Assembly: GCA_965369585.1 (NCBI GenBank)
Contig: CBDURB010000001.1
Location: 1-33,729, forward strand
DNA from: an uncultured bacterium
GTDB taxonomy: Bacteria > Chloroflexota > Dehalococcoidia > SM23-28-2 > RBG-16-64-32
DNA: 33,729 nt
Direction: 5' to 3'
The notes beneath the pieces were generated by a model. The model was not told where the DNA came from. It made no database searches and saw nothing but the letters and a program-made list of their open reading frames with translations. Position 1 is the stretch's first letter, and every line of letters begins with the position of its first letter. Made by a program: the position numbers and the translations under genes. This document shows, one piece after another, positions 21,272 to 30,851 of this stretch.

Positions 21272-23322
21272 GGACAGACGGCAGCGGCGAAAAGCAGGTC
21301 ACGCAGCCGGTTCTCGACCGCTCGGTTATCCAGACGCCCGAGGCGACGACGCATCCCACGACGGGGTCGACGGAGATGTTGTGGCTGCTGGGCCAGGTGG
21401 CCGATGGGATTACCCCCTGGGGCACGCTCCCCAAGCGACGGGACAAGGAGCTGCGGGAGTTTTACCCCACGGAGGATCACTTCAAGTCTGCGCTCGCCGT
21501 CGTGACGGCCCGCAACATGGCGTTCTCGTGGGCGATAGACGGGCCGCCGCTTACGGTTGCGCGAGCGCAGGACCTGCTTCTGAACGCCGACCAGGGCCGG
21601 GGCTGGGAGAGCCTGATCGCCAAGACCAGCATCGATCTCTACACGCAGGACACCTCCACCTGTTGGGAACTCGTCCGCGTGGCCGACAGCCCGGAGGCGG
21701 CTGTAATCGGCATCAACCATCTGCCCGCGTCAAACTGCTGGCCGACGGGCGACCCGATGGAGCCGATCCTCTATCAGGACAGCCACAGCAAGTTCCACCT
21801 GCTGAAGTGGTATCAGGTGGTGCAGCTGGCCGAACTCCCCGTCCCCAACACGAGGCCGAGCCGCACCGGGCCGGGCATGGAGGGGCTGCAACTGTGCGCC
21901 CTGACGCGGCTGCTACGGGCGGCCCAGATCCAGAAGAACATCGACATCTATAAGGAAGAGAAGACCGGCGGCCGCCATACGCGGGCGATCCACCTCCTCC
22001 AGGGCGTCAACATGAAGCAAGTCGATGACGCCCTGAAGAAGATGCGGCTGCAGGCTGACGCGAAGGGCCTGATGCGCTACCTGAACCCGCTGCTGATCGC
22101 CACGCCAGACTCCGAGGTCAGCATCGATGTCAAGACGCTGGAACTCACCAGCCTCCCCGACGGCTTCGACGCGGAGAAGGAGCTCAGGCACAACATCATC
22201 ATCATGGCGATGGCCTTTCTGACGGATGCACAGGAGTTCGCACCGCTAATGGGGGGCAGCCTCGGCTCAGGACAGCAGTCGCAGACCCTCCACCAGAAGT
22301 CCCGCGGCAAGGGTTCGGGGCTGTTTATGAAGCTCATAACCCACACCCTCAACGAGCGGGTGTTGCCTCAGAACGTTGAGTTTGGGTTCAGGGAGCAGGA
22401 CCTGGAGGCCGAGAAGGAGCAGGCGGAAGTCCGCAAGGTACGCGCCGAGACCCGCGAGATAAACGCGCGGGCGATGGACCTATCGCCTGAAGGGGTAAGG
22501 CAGGAGGCGCTGGACGACGGTGATATCAGCTTGGAGGTATTCGAGGCCGAAGGCGGTAGCGATATCACCCCTGACGTGACCGTGGATGACGAAGAGCAGG
22601 TGCCGGAGGGTGAGAAGGCGGAGCGCGCCGGCCCCTTCGACAAGGAACGGCTGGGCGATGAGCGGGCGCTGACCCGCGTCGTGGAGCGCGCCCTGGCCGC
22701 CATCGGCAAGGAAGTGCGGAAACGGCTGGAGCGCGAGGGGCGCGGACAGAAGGCGCTACCCGACGTTCCCGAGGACCAGGCGTTCTGGACCAAGATGAAG
22801 GATATCTTTCTGAAGACTGTAGGTGCCGTGCCGAGCCAACTGCTATCGCGCGGCGTGGGGCAGGCGTCTCAGCTTGGCCTAGCGGTGGACTTCGACCTGG
22901 TGAACACGGCGGTGCTGGAGCGCGCGGGAACGTTCATGAACGATTGGTGGGCCAACCTAGAGCGCACGACCCGCGAGGGGCTGCGCAAGGCGATCCAGGC
23001 CAACATAGAGACCGGCGCGCCGCTGCGTACGCTAATCAAGGACATCGAGCCCCTGTTCGGCAAGGCGAGGGCGAAGGTGATCGCATCGACTGAGGTCACC
23101 CGCCTGTACGCCGAGGGGAACAGCGAGGCCTACGCCTCGGCTGGCGTCGAGGAGGTCGAGTGGCGCACCGTGAACGACGCGCTGGTGGACCCCATCTGCG
23201 ATGCCCTGGCCGGGCAGCGGTCGTCGGTAGGCGGAGGCCAGACGCCGCCGGCGCACCCCAACTGCCGCTGCTGGCTGGCACCGGTGGTAAGCGACAAGCC
23301 GCTGGTGAAGGTGGTCGCCTAG
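21250..23322 (+). CDS. portal protein fused to a MuF / SPP1-gp7-type head-morphogenesis domain
   Basis: Trimmed to ATG 21250 (the ORF-track start 21022 lies inside terL). 690 aa. The C-terminal ...ASTEVTRLYAEGN...VEWRTVNDALVDPICDAL...PPAHPNCRCWLAP is the Phage_Mu_F signature. Confidence 0.8.
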   Translation: MPETEHLGTDGSGEKQVTQPVLDRSVIQTPEATTHPTTGSTEMLWLLGQVADGITPWGTLPKRRDKELREFYPTEDHFKSALAVVTARNMAFSWAIDGPPLTVARAQDLLLNADQGRGWESLIAKTSIDLYTQDTSTCWELVRVADSPEAAVIGINHLPASNCWPTGDPMEPILYQDSHSKFHLLKWYQVVQLAELPVPNTRPSRTGPGMEGLQLCALTRLLRAAQIQKNIDIYKEEKTGGRHTRAIHLLQGVNMKQVDDALKKMRLQADAKGLMRYLNPLLIATPDSEVSIDVKTLELTSLPDGFDAEKELRHNIIIMAMAFLTDAQEFAPLMGGSLGSGQQSQTLHQKSRGKGSGLFMKLITHTLNERVLPQNVEFGFREQDLEAEKEQAEVRKVRAETREINARAMDLSPEGVRQEALDDGDISLEVFEAEGGSDITPDVTVDDEEQVPEGEKAERAGPFDKERLGDERALTRVVERALAAIGKEVRKRLEREGRGQKALPDVPEDQAFWTKMKDIFLKTVGAVPSQLLSRGVGQASQLGLAVDFDLVNTAVLERAGTFMNDWWANLERTTREGLRKAIQANIETGAPLRTLIKDIEPLFGKARAKVIASTEVTRLYAEGNSEAYASAGVEEVEWRTVNDALVDPICDALAGQRSSVGGGQTPPAHPNCRCWLAPVVSDKPLVKVVA

Positions 23323-23705
23323 TGGTCGTCTCCCTGCGCGCCATCCGCGCCAAGCGGCCCATCGTCAAAGTGAATCGGCGCAAGGTGGTGGCCCGCCTGC
23401 GCGACGTGGGCGTGGATGTGGTGAACCGCATGTCGGATTACCCCCCGGCGCGCACGTCATATCGGCGCTCGGGCAAGCTGGGGGGGAACTGGACGATGGA
23501 GGGGCCGAAGGCGGAAGGTATAGGCCTTGTGGTCATCGCTGGGAACAAGACGACCTACGCCGGGTTCGTCGAGGGCTTCAGGCGCCGCAGGCCCAGGCAG
23601 CGGAAGCTGTTCCGTGGCTACGGCTGGCCCAACGTCGAGGACATCGGGCAGAGCGTGTGGAAGAAGCGGAAGGGCGCCATCATCGCGGCGCTACAAGGAA
23701 GGTGA
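23322..23705 (+). CDS. hypothetical head-module protein
   Basis: GTG 23322 (TAGTG overlap). 127 aa, basic. No recognised domain. Confidence 0.45.
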   Translation: MVVSLRAIRAKRPIVKVNRRKVVARLRDVGVDVVNRMSDYPPARTSYRRSGKLGGNWTMEGPKAEGIGLVVIAGNKTTYAGFVEGFRRRRPRQRKLFRGYGWPNVEDIGQSVWKKRKGAIIAALQGR

Positions 23706-25459
23706 TGACGATGGACTACGCGAAACTGAGCGCGAAGATGAGGGAGATCGTCGAGAGGGACGGCCTAGACGTTCAAGGCCCTGAGGCTGAGAGCAAGCTC
23801 TTCGAGGCCGCCACGAAGGAGCTGGAGGCCGAGGGCCAGAAGTGCGCCCAGTGCGAGGGCAAGGGCGAAGGCGAGAAGTGCAGCGCCTGCGGCCCGTCGC
23901 TGGTTGAGATAGCGCCCGCGCCGCTGGCCGGGGCCACTACCTTCGGCGAGGCTGATGACTACGATGAGGCCCAGGAGGTCGAGAGCTATGCCTACCGGCT
24001 GGAATCGCGCTTCCGGGCCATCGTAGACAATATCTTCGCCAGCGATGCCACCCTGGCCGAGAAGGCCAACGAAGTCAAGGCGGCGGCGGCCGAGATGGAG
24101 GAGCGCCTGGGCAAGCCGCCAGAATCAGGCAACTGGTTCGGGAAAGCCAGGGAGAAACTGGGCGAGGCCCTGGGCCTGGGCGAGAAGGCCACCAAGCGCG
24201 AGGACGGTAAGGACTTCCCCGCCTCCGCCTACGCCTATGTGCCGGACGCGACGAAGCCGAGCACATGGAAGCTGCGGCTCACCAGGACGCCGGGGGGCAA
24301 GCCCGACGCCGGCATCGTCGGCGCCGCCGTCGCCGCGCTGGGCAAGGGGTTCCGCGGCCAGAAGGTGCAGATCCCGGCCGCTGCCCTGGCGGGCGTGAAG
24401 GCGAAGGTGCGGACCGCCTGGCGCAAGGCCAACCCCGACAAGAAGCCCGCCGACATGCCCACCGCCATCAAGGAGGCGGCGCCGGGCGCGTTCTCCGCGT
24501 TCAAGGACGCGCAGGGCAACTGGCGCTGGATGACGCTCACCAGCAACGTCTGGCGCGACCGCGATGGCGAGATCATCCCCGGTGACGCGCACGAGGGTGC
24601 CGTGTCCTACGCCGAGCGCACCAAGGATATGCCGGATCTGAGGCTCTGGCACGTCCCCGGTAGCCGAGTCGGCGTCGCTGACTGGGTCGATTTCACGCAC
24701 GGCTTCGTGCTGCACTCGGGCTCGTTCGACAAGGGCATGGAGGACGTAGCCGAGTCGCTGGCCACCACTGAGGAGCCGCTGGGCGTTAGCCACGGCTTCT
24801 ACCATAACAAGGATGAAGACAGCGACACCTACCCGTGGTATCGGGACTTCGAAGTGAGCGTACTACCGCTGGAGAAGGCGGCGAATCAATGGACGGAGTT
24901 CACAGCAGACAACACGAAGGAGGTTGCGATGGGACTCACTGACGAGAGGCGCGGGTTCTTGGTCAAGCACATCGGTGAAGGCCGGGTGACTGCGCTAGAG
25001 AAGCTCCTGGAGGAGAAGGAGGAGGACCTGAAGTCGGGCAAGGTCGACTTCAAGGAGGTGCTGGCCGAGGCCATCGAGGCCGCGCCGACACCCGACCCCA
25101 AGCCTGCCGAGGGTAAGGGCGAAGGCGACGCACCGAAGGGCGATGACGCTATCGCCAAACTGGTCACGGTGATCGAGGCGCAGGGCACACAGCTCACCGA
25201 GATCGCCACGGCCCAGGCCGAGCAGGGGGAACAGATCAAGGCCCTGCAGGCATCCGACGACGAGAAGATCGCCGCCAAGATGGCTCCCCAGCGGCAGCCG
25301 CCGGCCGGCGGCGAGCGCCCGACGGACGACAAGGGCAACGTGCTCACCGAGGCCGAACTCAAGGCCAAGGGCATCGACCCCGAGGAGGCCCTCGACTCCG
25401 AGAAGTTGGAGAAGACCCCCGGCGGCAGGGCGCTGAAGCAGATCGCCGGCATCAAATAG
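23705..25459 (+). CDS. prohead protease (S78/HK97-like core) fused to scaffold-like coiled-coil C-terminus, with N-terminal Cys4 motif
   Basis: TGATG overlap. FKDAQGNWRWMTLTSNVWRDRDGEIIPGDAH...LRLWHVPGSRVGVADWVDF fits a prohead-protease core. Glu/Lys/Ala-rich helical tail. CAQCEGKGEGEKCSAC near the N-terminus. Confidence 0.55.
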   Translation: MTMDYAKLSAKMREIVERDGLDVQGPEAESKLFEAATKELEAEGQKCAQCEGKGEGEKCSACGPSLVEIAPAPLAGATTFGEADDYDEAQEVESYAYRLESRFRAIVDNIFASDATLAEKANEVKAAAAEMEERLGKPPESGNWFGKAREKLGEALGLGEKATKREDGKDFPASAYAYVPDATKPSTWKLRLTRTPGGKPDAGIVGAAVAALGKGFRGQKVQIPAAALAGVKAKVRTAWRKANPDKKPADMPTAIKEAAPGAFSAFKDAQGNWRWMTLTSNVWRDRDGEIIPGDAHEGAVSYAERTKDMPDLRLWHVPGSRVGVADWVDFTHGFVLHSGSFDKGMEDVAESLATTEEPLGVSHGFYHNKDEDSDTYPWYRDFEVSVLPLEKAANQWTEFTADNTKEVAMGLTDERRGFLVKHIGEGRVTALEKLLEEKEEDLKSGKVDFKEVLAEAIEAAPTPDPKPAEGKGEGDAPKGDDAIAKLVTVIEAQGTQLTEIATAQAEQGEQIKALQASDDEKIAAKMAPQRQPPAGGERPTDDKGNVLTEAELKAKGIDPEEALDSEKLEKTPGGRALKQIAGIK

Positions 25460-25480
25460 AGCGAGCAACAACCGGCATCC

Positions 25481-25500
25481 AGCCCGCCCCTCGGCGGGCT
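25481..25500 (+). terminator. GC hairpin between the protease/scaffold and capsid genes (attenuator-like, weak T-tail)
   Basis: AGCCCGCC-cctc-GGCGGGCT (8-bp stem), then TTGT. Followed by GAGGAGGAGGAGGA and ATG 25537. Confidence 0.45.
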
Positions 25501-25536
25501 TTGTCGTGGAGATGAGGAGGAGGAGGAAACGACGAC

Positions 25537-27006
25537 ATGAAGGACACATCCGTACTCGATAGCCTGGTGGCCGAGATCGAGGAAAAACTCGCCGCCAAGC
25601 AGGGGGGCGTCCGCTACAAGCACACGTCGCCCGGCACCCCGATATCCACGGGGTACTTCCACGGCCCAGGGGGGCTACTCAGCTTCCCTGGGGTAGATCA
25701 AGATCTGTTCCATACCATAGTGGGGAACAAGGGCATCATGAGTCAGCTCCCAGCGATCCCCACACTATTCACCGACCCGACCTTCTACACCCTTACGGGC
25801 GTGCAGGCGGGCGTTGGCGACCAGCCGACGACAGCGTGCGGCGATCCGCCCGTCGCTGGGCTCACCAAGGGCTGCCTCGTCACCGCGCCATTGGGCCGCT
25901 ACGAATATGCGACCCCGGAGCTCGACCTTAACCGGTTGAGCCAGCGAGTCGACCGTGCCGATCCGACGGACCTACGGATAGTGGGCTCTCCCATCGACGC
26001 CGACGGCTTCTGGGCCACCGGCCCCGGCGACCCGTCGGTGCCCAGCGACGTGCTGACCAACGCGATCTCGAAGTTCCTGTTCGAGCGTGGGGTCTTCGCG
26101 CATCGAGACCTGTCGCAGCGGCTCTGGGTCGATAGTCCCGCCAACAACGTGGGCTTTGCCACCCAGTTCAGCGGGTTCCAGGTCCTCGTCAACACCGGTT
26201 TCGTGGACGCCATCACCGGCACGGCCTGCCCGTCCCTGGATTCGGACGTCAAGGACTTCAACTTTGCCAACGTGGGCGCCAACTGCGCGGGCCTGGTCAC
26301 CGCCCTCACGAGCATGTTCCACTACCTGAAGAGCCTGTCCTCGCGCACCGGCGTGGACCCAGTTCGCTGGGTGTTCGTCATGCGCGAGTCGGCATTCGAC
26401 CAGATCGTGCGCTGCTGGCCCTGTAGCTACCTCACCAGCATGTGCCAGGTCACCAACGCCTCCGGCCAGCGCGTCAACGTCGACGCCGGCGACCAGGTCG
26501 CCATGCGTGACGCGATGATGCAGGGCAAGTTCCTGCTCATCGACGGCGCCCAGATCGAGGTCATCATCGACGACGGCATCCCCGAGAACAACTCGGCCCA
26601 CCCCAACGTGGGCGAGGGCTGCTTCAGCTCCGACATCTACATCATCCCCATGTCGGTCCTGGGCGGTACTTCGGTCACGTTCATGGAGTATTTCCAGTAC
26701 CAGACGGCCGCAGTCTTGGATGCCTTCGCCAAAGGTGTCCTGGGCGAGGTCGAGGGGCCCTGGCTTACGTGGCCGGAACAGAACCAACAGTGTTTCACAC
26801 TTAACTGCAAGATCGAGCCTCGGCTGATCCTGAGGACGCCGTGGCTTGCCGGTCGGCTGCAGAACGTGCAGTACTGCCCGCTGCAGCACGAGCGCGATCC
26901 GTTCCCTGGTCAGGGCTACCACGTCGACGGTGGCAAGACCAGCATCCCTGGTCCTAGCTACTGGGGTCTCTGGGAACGCGGTGGCGGAGGCACCGGCAGC
27001 CGCTAG
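25537..27006 (+). CDS. major capsid protein (presumed HK97 fold)
   Basis: 489 aa directly after the protease/scaffold. Exceptionally strong reiterated SD. Bracketed by stable hairpins. Confidence 0.75.
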   Translation: MKDTSVLDSLVAEIEEKLAAKQGGVRYKHTSPGTPISTGYFHGPGGLLSFPGVDQDLFHTIVGNKGIMSQLPAIPTLFTDPTFYTLTGVQAGVGDQPTTACGDPPVAGLTKGCLVTAPLGRYEYATPELDLNRLSQRVDRADPTDLRIVGSPIDADGFWATGPGDPSVPSDVLTNAISKFLFERGVFAHRDLSQRLWVDSPANNVGFATQFSGFQVLVNTGFVDAITGTACPSLDSDVKDFNFANVGANCAGLVTALTSMFHYLKSLSSRTGVDPVRWVFVMRESAFDQIVRCWPCSYLTSMCQVTNASGQRVNVDAGDQVAMRDAMMQGKFLLIDGAQIEVIIDDGIPENNSAHPNVGEGCFSSDIYIIPMSVLGGTSVTFMEYFQYQTAAVLDAFAKGVLGEVEGPWLTWPEQNQQCFTLNCKIEPRLILRTPWLAGRLQNVQYCPLQHERDPFPGQGYHVDGGKTSIPGPSYWGLWERGGGGTGSR

Positions 27007-27030
27007 TCTGGCTGAGACAAGAAGCAAGCA

Positions 27031-27063
27031 AGGAGGGGGCGGGCTCAGCCCCCGTCCCCTCCT
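27031..27063 (+). terminator. stable GC hairpin after the capsid gene (no T-tract)
   Basis: AGGAGGGG (27031-27038) pairs with CCCCTCCT (27056-27063). Inner GGGC-tca-GCCC stem. Confidence 0.4.
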
Positions 27064-27112
27064 ACCAAGGCAATCGAAACGATGAAGACCTAGTAGCCGG
27101 AGGAAACTGAAC

Positions 27113-27937
27113 ATGCCAAATGGTGGTGCGTCAGCTGAGTGGACGCTCGAGCAAATACGGCATCTCCTCACCACTCGCCTTACGCCTTTTGGCGACGACT
27201 TTCTCATTGAGGTACAGAAGGGCAGCATCCCCGGGCATTCGTTGGTGCACAAGTTCGGGAGGAACGATAACGTGCCGATGAACTCGTGGGCGTTCATCAA
27301 CTTGCTGGGCTTCACAGCTTGGCCCCTTTCTGCCCCAACAACCGTCCGGATAAAGGCTGGGGGAGATGCCGCCGACGTAGCTGGTGGGGCCGGGGCACGA
27401 GAGATAATCGTTCAGGGGCTCGACGACAGCTTCAACGTGGCCGAAGAGGCAATAGCCACGAACGGTATCAATGTCAGCGCGGCTACGGTGACGTCCTTCT
27501 GGCGTGTCCACCGGGCGTTCGTGTCAGCGGTAGGGATCTACGGAGCAGCGAACACTGCTGCGGTGACGGTGGAGAACAGCGGTGGTGGTACCGACGTGAT
27601 CCAAATCGGCGTCGGAGAGGGGCAAACGCAGTTCGGGGGCTGGACCGTACCAATAGACAAGACGGCCTATCTACTGAGTCTGCACATGCACGTGGACTCG
27701 AAAAAGATCGCTAACATTCGGATGTTCACGAGGGAGGACATCGACGATGTTGTGGCTCCGATGAAGAGCAAGCGGCTCGGTCTGTTCTTCGACGGTGTCA
27801 TTGGCAACGTCCCATACCGGGCCAAGGGGCCCGAGATGGCGATACCCCAGAAGACGGACATCTGGCTGGAGGCGTTCGGGGATGGAGCTATAGCGGAAGC
27901 TGCTTGCGACTTCGAGCTGCTGGTGGTCGATAACTGA
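27113..27937 (+). CDS. hypothetical virion-module protein (beta-rich), candidate decoration protein or glycan acceptor
   Basis: GGAGGA SD. 274 aa. ...GHSLVHKFGRNDNV...REIIVQGLDD...ATNGINV...FWRVHRAF... Its stop overlaps the dehydratase start (ATGA). Confidence 0.55.
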   Translation: MPNGGASAEWTLEQIRHLLTTRLTPFGDDFLIEVQKGSIPGHSLVHKFGRNDNVPMNSWAFINLLGFTAWPLSAPTTVRIKAGGDAADVAGGAGAREIIVQGLDDSFNVAEEAIATNGINVSAATVTSFWRVHRAFVSAVGIYGAANTAAVTVENSGGGTDVIQIGVGEGQTQFGGWTVPIDKTAYLLSLHMHVDSKKIANIRMFTREDIDDVVAPMKSKRLGLFFDGVIGNVPYRAKGPEMAIPQKTDIWLEAFGDGAIAEAACDFELLVVDN

Positions 27938-28872
27938 TGAAGGTTCTCGTCACCGGCGGGGCGGGCTTCCTCGGGCGCGGCATCCTGCGTCGCATAGAGC
28001 GCGGCGGCCTCGACTGGGAGGTGACAGCCTACAGCCGGGACGAAACGAAGCAGGACGAGTGCCGGCGGCGCTACCCCTTCGCTCGCTACATCCTGGGCGA
28101 CGTGAGGGATGCCGATCGGCTGAGGGTGGCCATGATGGGCCACGACATCGTGATCCACGCGGCGGCCCTGAAGTACATACCCGAGGCGGAGGTCAACGCC
28201 ACCGAGTGCGTGCGGGTGAACGTGGGTGGCACACAGGCCGTGATGGTGGCCGCGCAGGAGGCGGGCATCAAGCGAGTGGTGGGGATCTCCACCGACAAGG
28301 CGGTGCAGCCCGTCAACGTCTATGGCTGCTCCAAGATGGCGATGGAGCGGCTGTTCGCCGACACCGCCCAGTTCCAGGGCGGCCCCGACTTCACATGCGT
28401 CCGCTACGGCAACGTGGTGGGTAGCACGGGGTCGGTCATCCCGCTGTTCCGGCGCCAGGTCGAGGAGCTGGGCCGGGTGCGCATCACCAACCCCGCGATG
28501 ACACGGTTCTGGATGGCCGCGGACGAGGCGATCGACCTCATAATGCTGGCCCTGGAGCGGGCACGACCCGGCAGCATCGTGGTTCCCCAGGCGCGGGCTA
28601 TGACGATCCTTGACGTGGCCAAGGCCGCCACGAGTGACGACGTGAAAGTGGAGATCATCGGAGAGCGGCCCGGCGAGAAGCTGCACGAGATGCTGATCCA
28701 CTACGAGGAGTCGGTGCGGGCCGTGATCGAGCACGATCCGTTCCACTTCCAGCTCGTGCCGCCCGGCCAGCGGGTCGGCGAGGAGGCGTTCACCCTGGCC
28801 TCCCACACGCCGAATAGCTTCATGGCGATAGACGAGATGCGAGAACTGATAGCCGACGCCGAGGAGATCTGA
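27937..28872 (+). CDS. UDP-sugar 4,6-dehydratase of the PseB/FlaA1/CapD (Polysacc_synt_2) type
   Basis: VTGGAGFLG Rossmann motif. ISTDKAVQPVNVYGCSKMAMERLF (STDKA...YGxxK), VRYGNVVGSTGSVIPLF and ITNPAMTRFWM blocks are diagnostic of this SDR subfamily. Confidence 0.85.
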   Translation: MKVLVTGGAGFLGRGILRRIERGGLDWEVTAYSRDETKQDECRRRYPFARYILGDVRDADRLRVAMMGHDIVIHAAALKYIPEAEVNATECVRVNVGGTQAVMVAAQEAGIKRVVGISTDKAVQPVNVYGCSKMAMERLFADTAQFQGGPDFTCVRYGNVVGSTGSVIPLFRRQVEELGRVRITNPAMTRFWMAADEAIDLIMLALERARPGSIVVPQARAMTILDVAKAATSDDVKVEIIGERPGEKLHEMLIHYEESVRAVIEHDPFHFQLVPPGQRVGEEAFTLASHTPNSFMAIDEMRELIADAEEI

Positions 28873-28889
28873 TGCAGGAGTGCCCATAG

Positions 28890-29618
28890 ATGCAACTCCC
28901 GCCCATCACCGTCATCATGACGATGTTCATCCCGCCCATCGATGGCCCCTACGGCGGCTGGTCACGCCTACAGATGGCCAAGCAGACCATTATGTCCTGG
29001 GGTCGCCACATGAAGTACACCGGCGACCTGCAGCTACTCGTCGCCAACGACTCGGTCGCCATCGATGACGAGATAGCGAACCAGATGGCGGTCGACTTCA
29101 GTCCCTGGCCCGTCGTGGTGGGCCATACCCACGGCCGCGGCCTCGGCGGTGGCCTGAACCACGGCCTGAAGCGTGCCCTGGAGACATCCCCGCTGGTCAT
29201 CTACGCCGACGACAGCTATTCGCTCATCGAGGACATCGACCTGACGCCCTGGGCATCGGTGCTGATGAAGCATGAGGACCTCGGCGCCGTCTCGCTGATG
29301 CCGCCCCGCCCGGAGCAGCGCGGCGGTCGCGTGGCCTACTTCCACAACATCCGCACGGAAGGGGTCGCCGGCGTGACGTTCGAGCGGCAGGGCTACACCT
29401 GGAACGGCCGTCCGCTGATGTACCACAAGCGCTTCTTCGACGCCTACGGGGAGACACCGGAGGGCTGCACGGGCTACGAGTGGGAGCAACGGTACGCGGA
29501 GAGGTTCGTGGCCACGCCGGGGCCGGACATCCTGTTCGGGTTCATTGACCCCTGGCAGCACGTATGGGGCGTGCTGCTGGGCAACGCCCCGGCGGGATGG
29601 TCTGGGGAGAAGCCGTAA
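28890..29618 (+). CDS. GT-A fold (family-2-like) glycosyltransferase
   Basis: ITVIMTMF start strand, VANDS and YADDSYS (DxD-like) motifs. 242 aa. Confidence 0.5.
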   Translation: MQLPPITVIMTMFIPPIDGPYGGWSRLQMAKQTIMSWGRHMKYTGDLQLLVANDSVAIDDEIANQMAVDFSPWPVVVGHTHGRGLGGGLNHGLKRALETSPLVIYADDSYSLIEDIDLTPWASVLMKHEDLGAVSLMPPRPEQRGGRVAYFHNIRTEGVAGVTFERQGYTWNGRPLMYHKRFFDAYGETPEGCTGYEWEQRYAERFVATPGPDILFGFIDPWQHVWGVLLGNAPAGWSGEKP

Positions 29619-29761
29619 TGGCTTCAGTGACGCTCCTCCTGAATGTGTTCCTGCTTGAGCGTCCACTACCGCGCCCGCTTCCCCGTGAGTTAGCGGGCTA
29701 CGAGGCTATATGGGTTCCAGAGAAGCAGCAATATTTCTTCATCGTCGTGGAGACAAGCTGA
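29618..29761 (+). CDS. small hypothetical protein (47 aa)
   Basis: TAATG overlap at 29618 and TGATG at 29759-29763. Lower GC. Uncertain. Confidence 0.3.
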   Translation: MASVTLLLNVFLLERPLPRPLPRELAGYEAIWVPEKQQYFFIVVETS

Positions 29762-29922
29762 TGAAGTGTCCCGTCTGCCGCCAGCACTGCGGCTCTACGT
29801 TATCCAAGCAGTACGCCAAGGACTACCTCACGTCTAAGGTGCCCCACCATGTGCGGCTGTGGCGTCGGGTCAAGCGGACCCTGTCCCCACTGGGCTGGCC
29901 TGCTGCGGGGTGGACCCGATGA
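29761..29922 (+). CDS. small basic CxxC protein (53 aa)
   Basis: MKCPVCRQHCG... High GC3. Its stop overlaps ATG 29919 (ATGA). Confidence 0.45.
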   Translation: MKCPVCRQHCGSTLSKQYAKDYLTSKVPHHVRLWRRVKRTLSPLGWPAAGWTR

Positions 29923-30341
29923 AGGTTGACCTGGGCTGCGGCGTCAACAAGCCGGAGGGCTATATCGGCATCGACAACGTGACGGAGGCCGACATCCGAG
30001 CCGACCTGCGCGTTGGCATCCCCCTGGCCGCCAACAGCGCCGAGGAGGTGCGCGCGAAGGACTTCCTGGAGCACATACCGGACACCATCGCCATCATGAA
30101 CGAGTGCTGGCGGGTGCTGGAGCCCGGTGGCGCCCTGGAGATCATTGTGCCGCGCTGGCCGCACGTCGACGCCGTCAAGGACCCGACGCATATCCGCTTC
30201 TTCGCCGTGGAGACCTTCACGGAGTACTTCGCGGGGCCGGACCGGCTGGCCGGGGAGTACCGGATGCACATGTGGGACATCACCCAGCTAGTCTTCGAGG
30301 ATCACCGCATCTGGGTGACGCTCAAGCCGAGGGGTAAGTGA
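29919..30341 (+). CDS. class I SAM-dependent methyltransferase (Methyltransf_11/23-like)
   Basis: Trimmed to ATG 29919. VDLGCGVNKPEGYIGID motif I, FLEHIPD, ECWRVLEPGGALEI. Confidence 0.7.
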   Translation: MKVDLGCGVNKPEGYIGIDNVTEADIRADLRVGIPLAANSAEEVRAKDFLEHIPDTIAIMNECWRVLEPGGALEIIVPRWPHVDAVKDPTHIRFFAVETFTEYFAGPDRLAGEYRMHMWDITQLVFEDHRIWVTLKPRGK

Positions 30342-30847
30342 TGCGCGACGAGGTCATGGCCGCCCTCCGCGACTGGTATCCAGAGCACCTGTCGGAAGGG
30401 CGCGTCGTGCTGGAGCTCGGCTCCCGCGAGGTCTACGGCGGCGTGCCGCGGACGATCTTCACCGGCAACCACAAGTACACCGGTATCGACATGCTGGCCG
30501 GGAAGGGCGTCGACAAGGTGATGAACTTCCACGACTTGAAGACACGGTATAAGCCGCAGTCCGTCGACACCGTGCTGTGCCTGGAGACGCTGGAGCACGA
30601 CGACAGGTTCTGGCTGACGCTGGAACAGGTGGCGCGTGTCCTGAAGCGCGGGGGTCACTTCGTACTCTCGGTGCCGACGCTGGGCTACCGGATCTATCAC
30701 CCCTACCCCGAGGACTACTACCGGTTCACCAAGCCCGCATTCACGGAGGTGCTCCTCGACCCAGCCTTCTACGAAGCACTGGACATCAGGGAGATCAGCA
30801 CCAGCGACGAGGTGGACACCCTGGCGGCCATCGGGAGGCGCAGATAA
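30341..30847 (+). CDS. class I SAM-dependent methyltransferase
   Basis: VLELGSREVYGG...YTGIDM...LCLETLEHDDRFW...VLKRGGHFVLSVP. Confidence 0.65.
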   Translation: MRDEVMAALRDWYPEHLSEGRVVLELGSREVYGGVPRTIFTGNHKYTGIDMLAGKGVDKVMNFHDLKTRYKPQSVDTVLCLETLEHDDRFWLTLEQVARVLKRGGHFVLSVPTLGYRIYHPYPEDYYRFTKPAFTEVLLDPAFYEALDIREISTSDEVDTLAAIGRRR

Positions 30848-30851
30848 AGCG

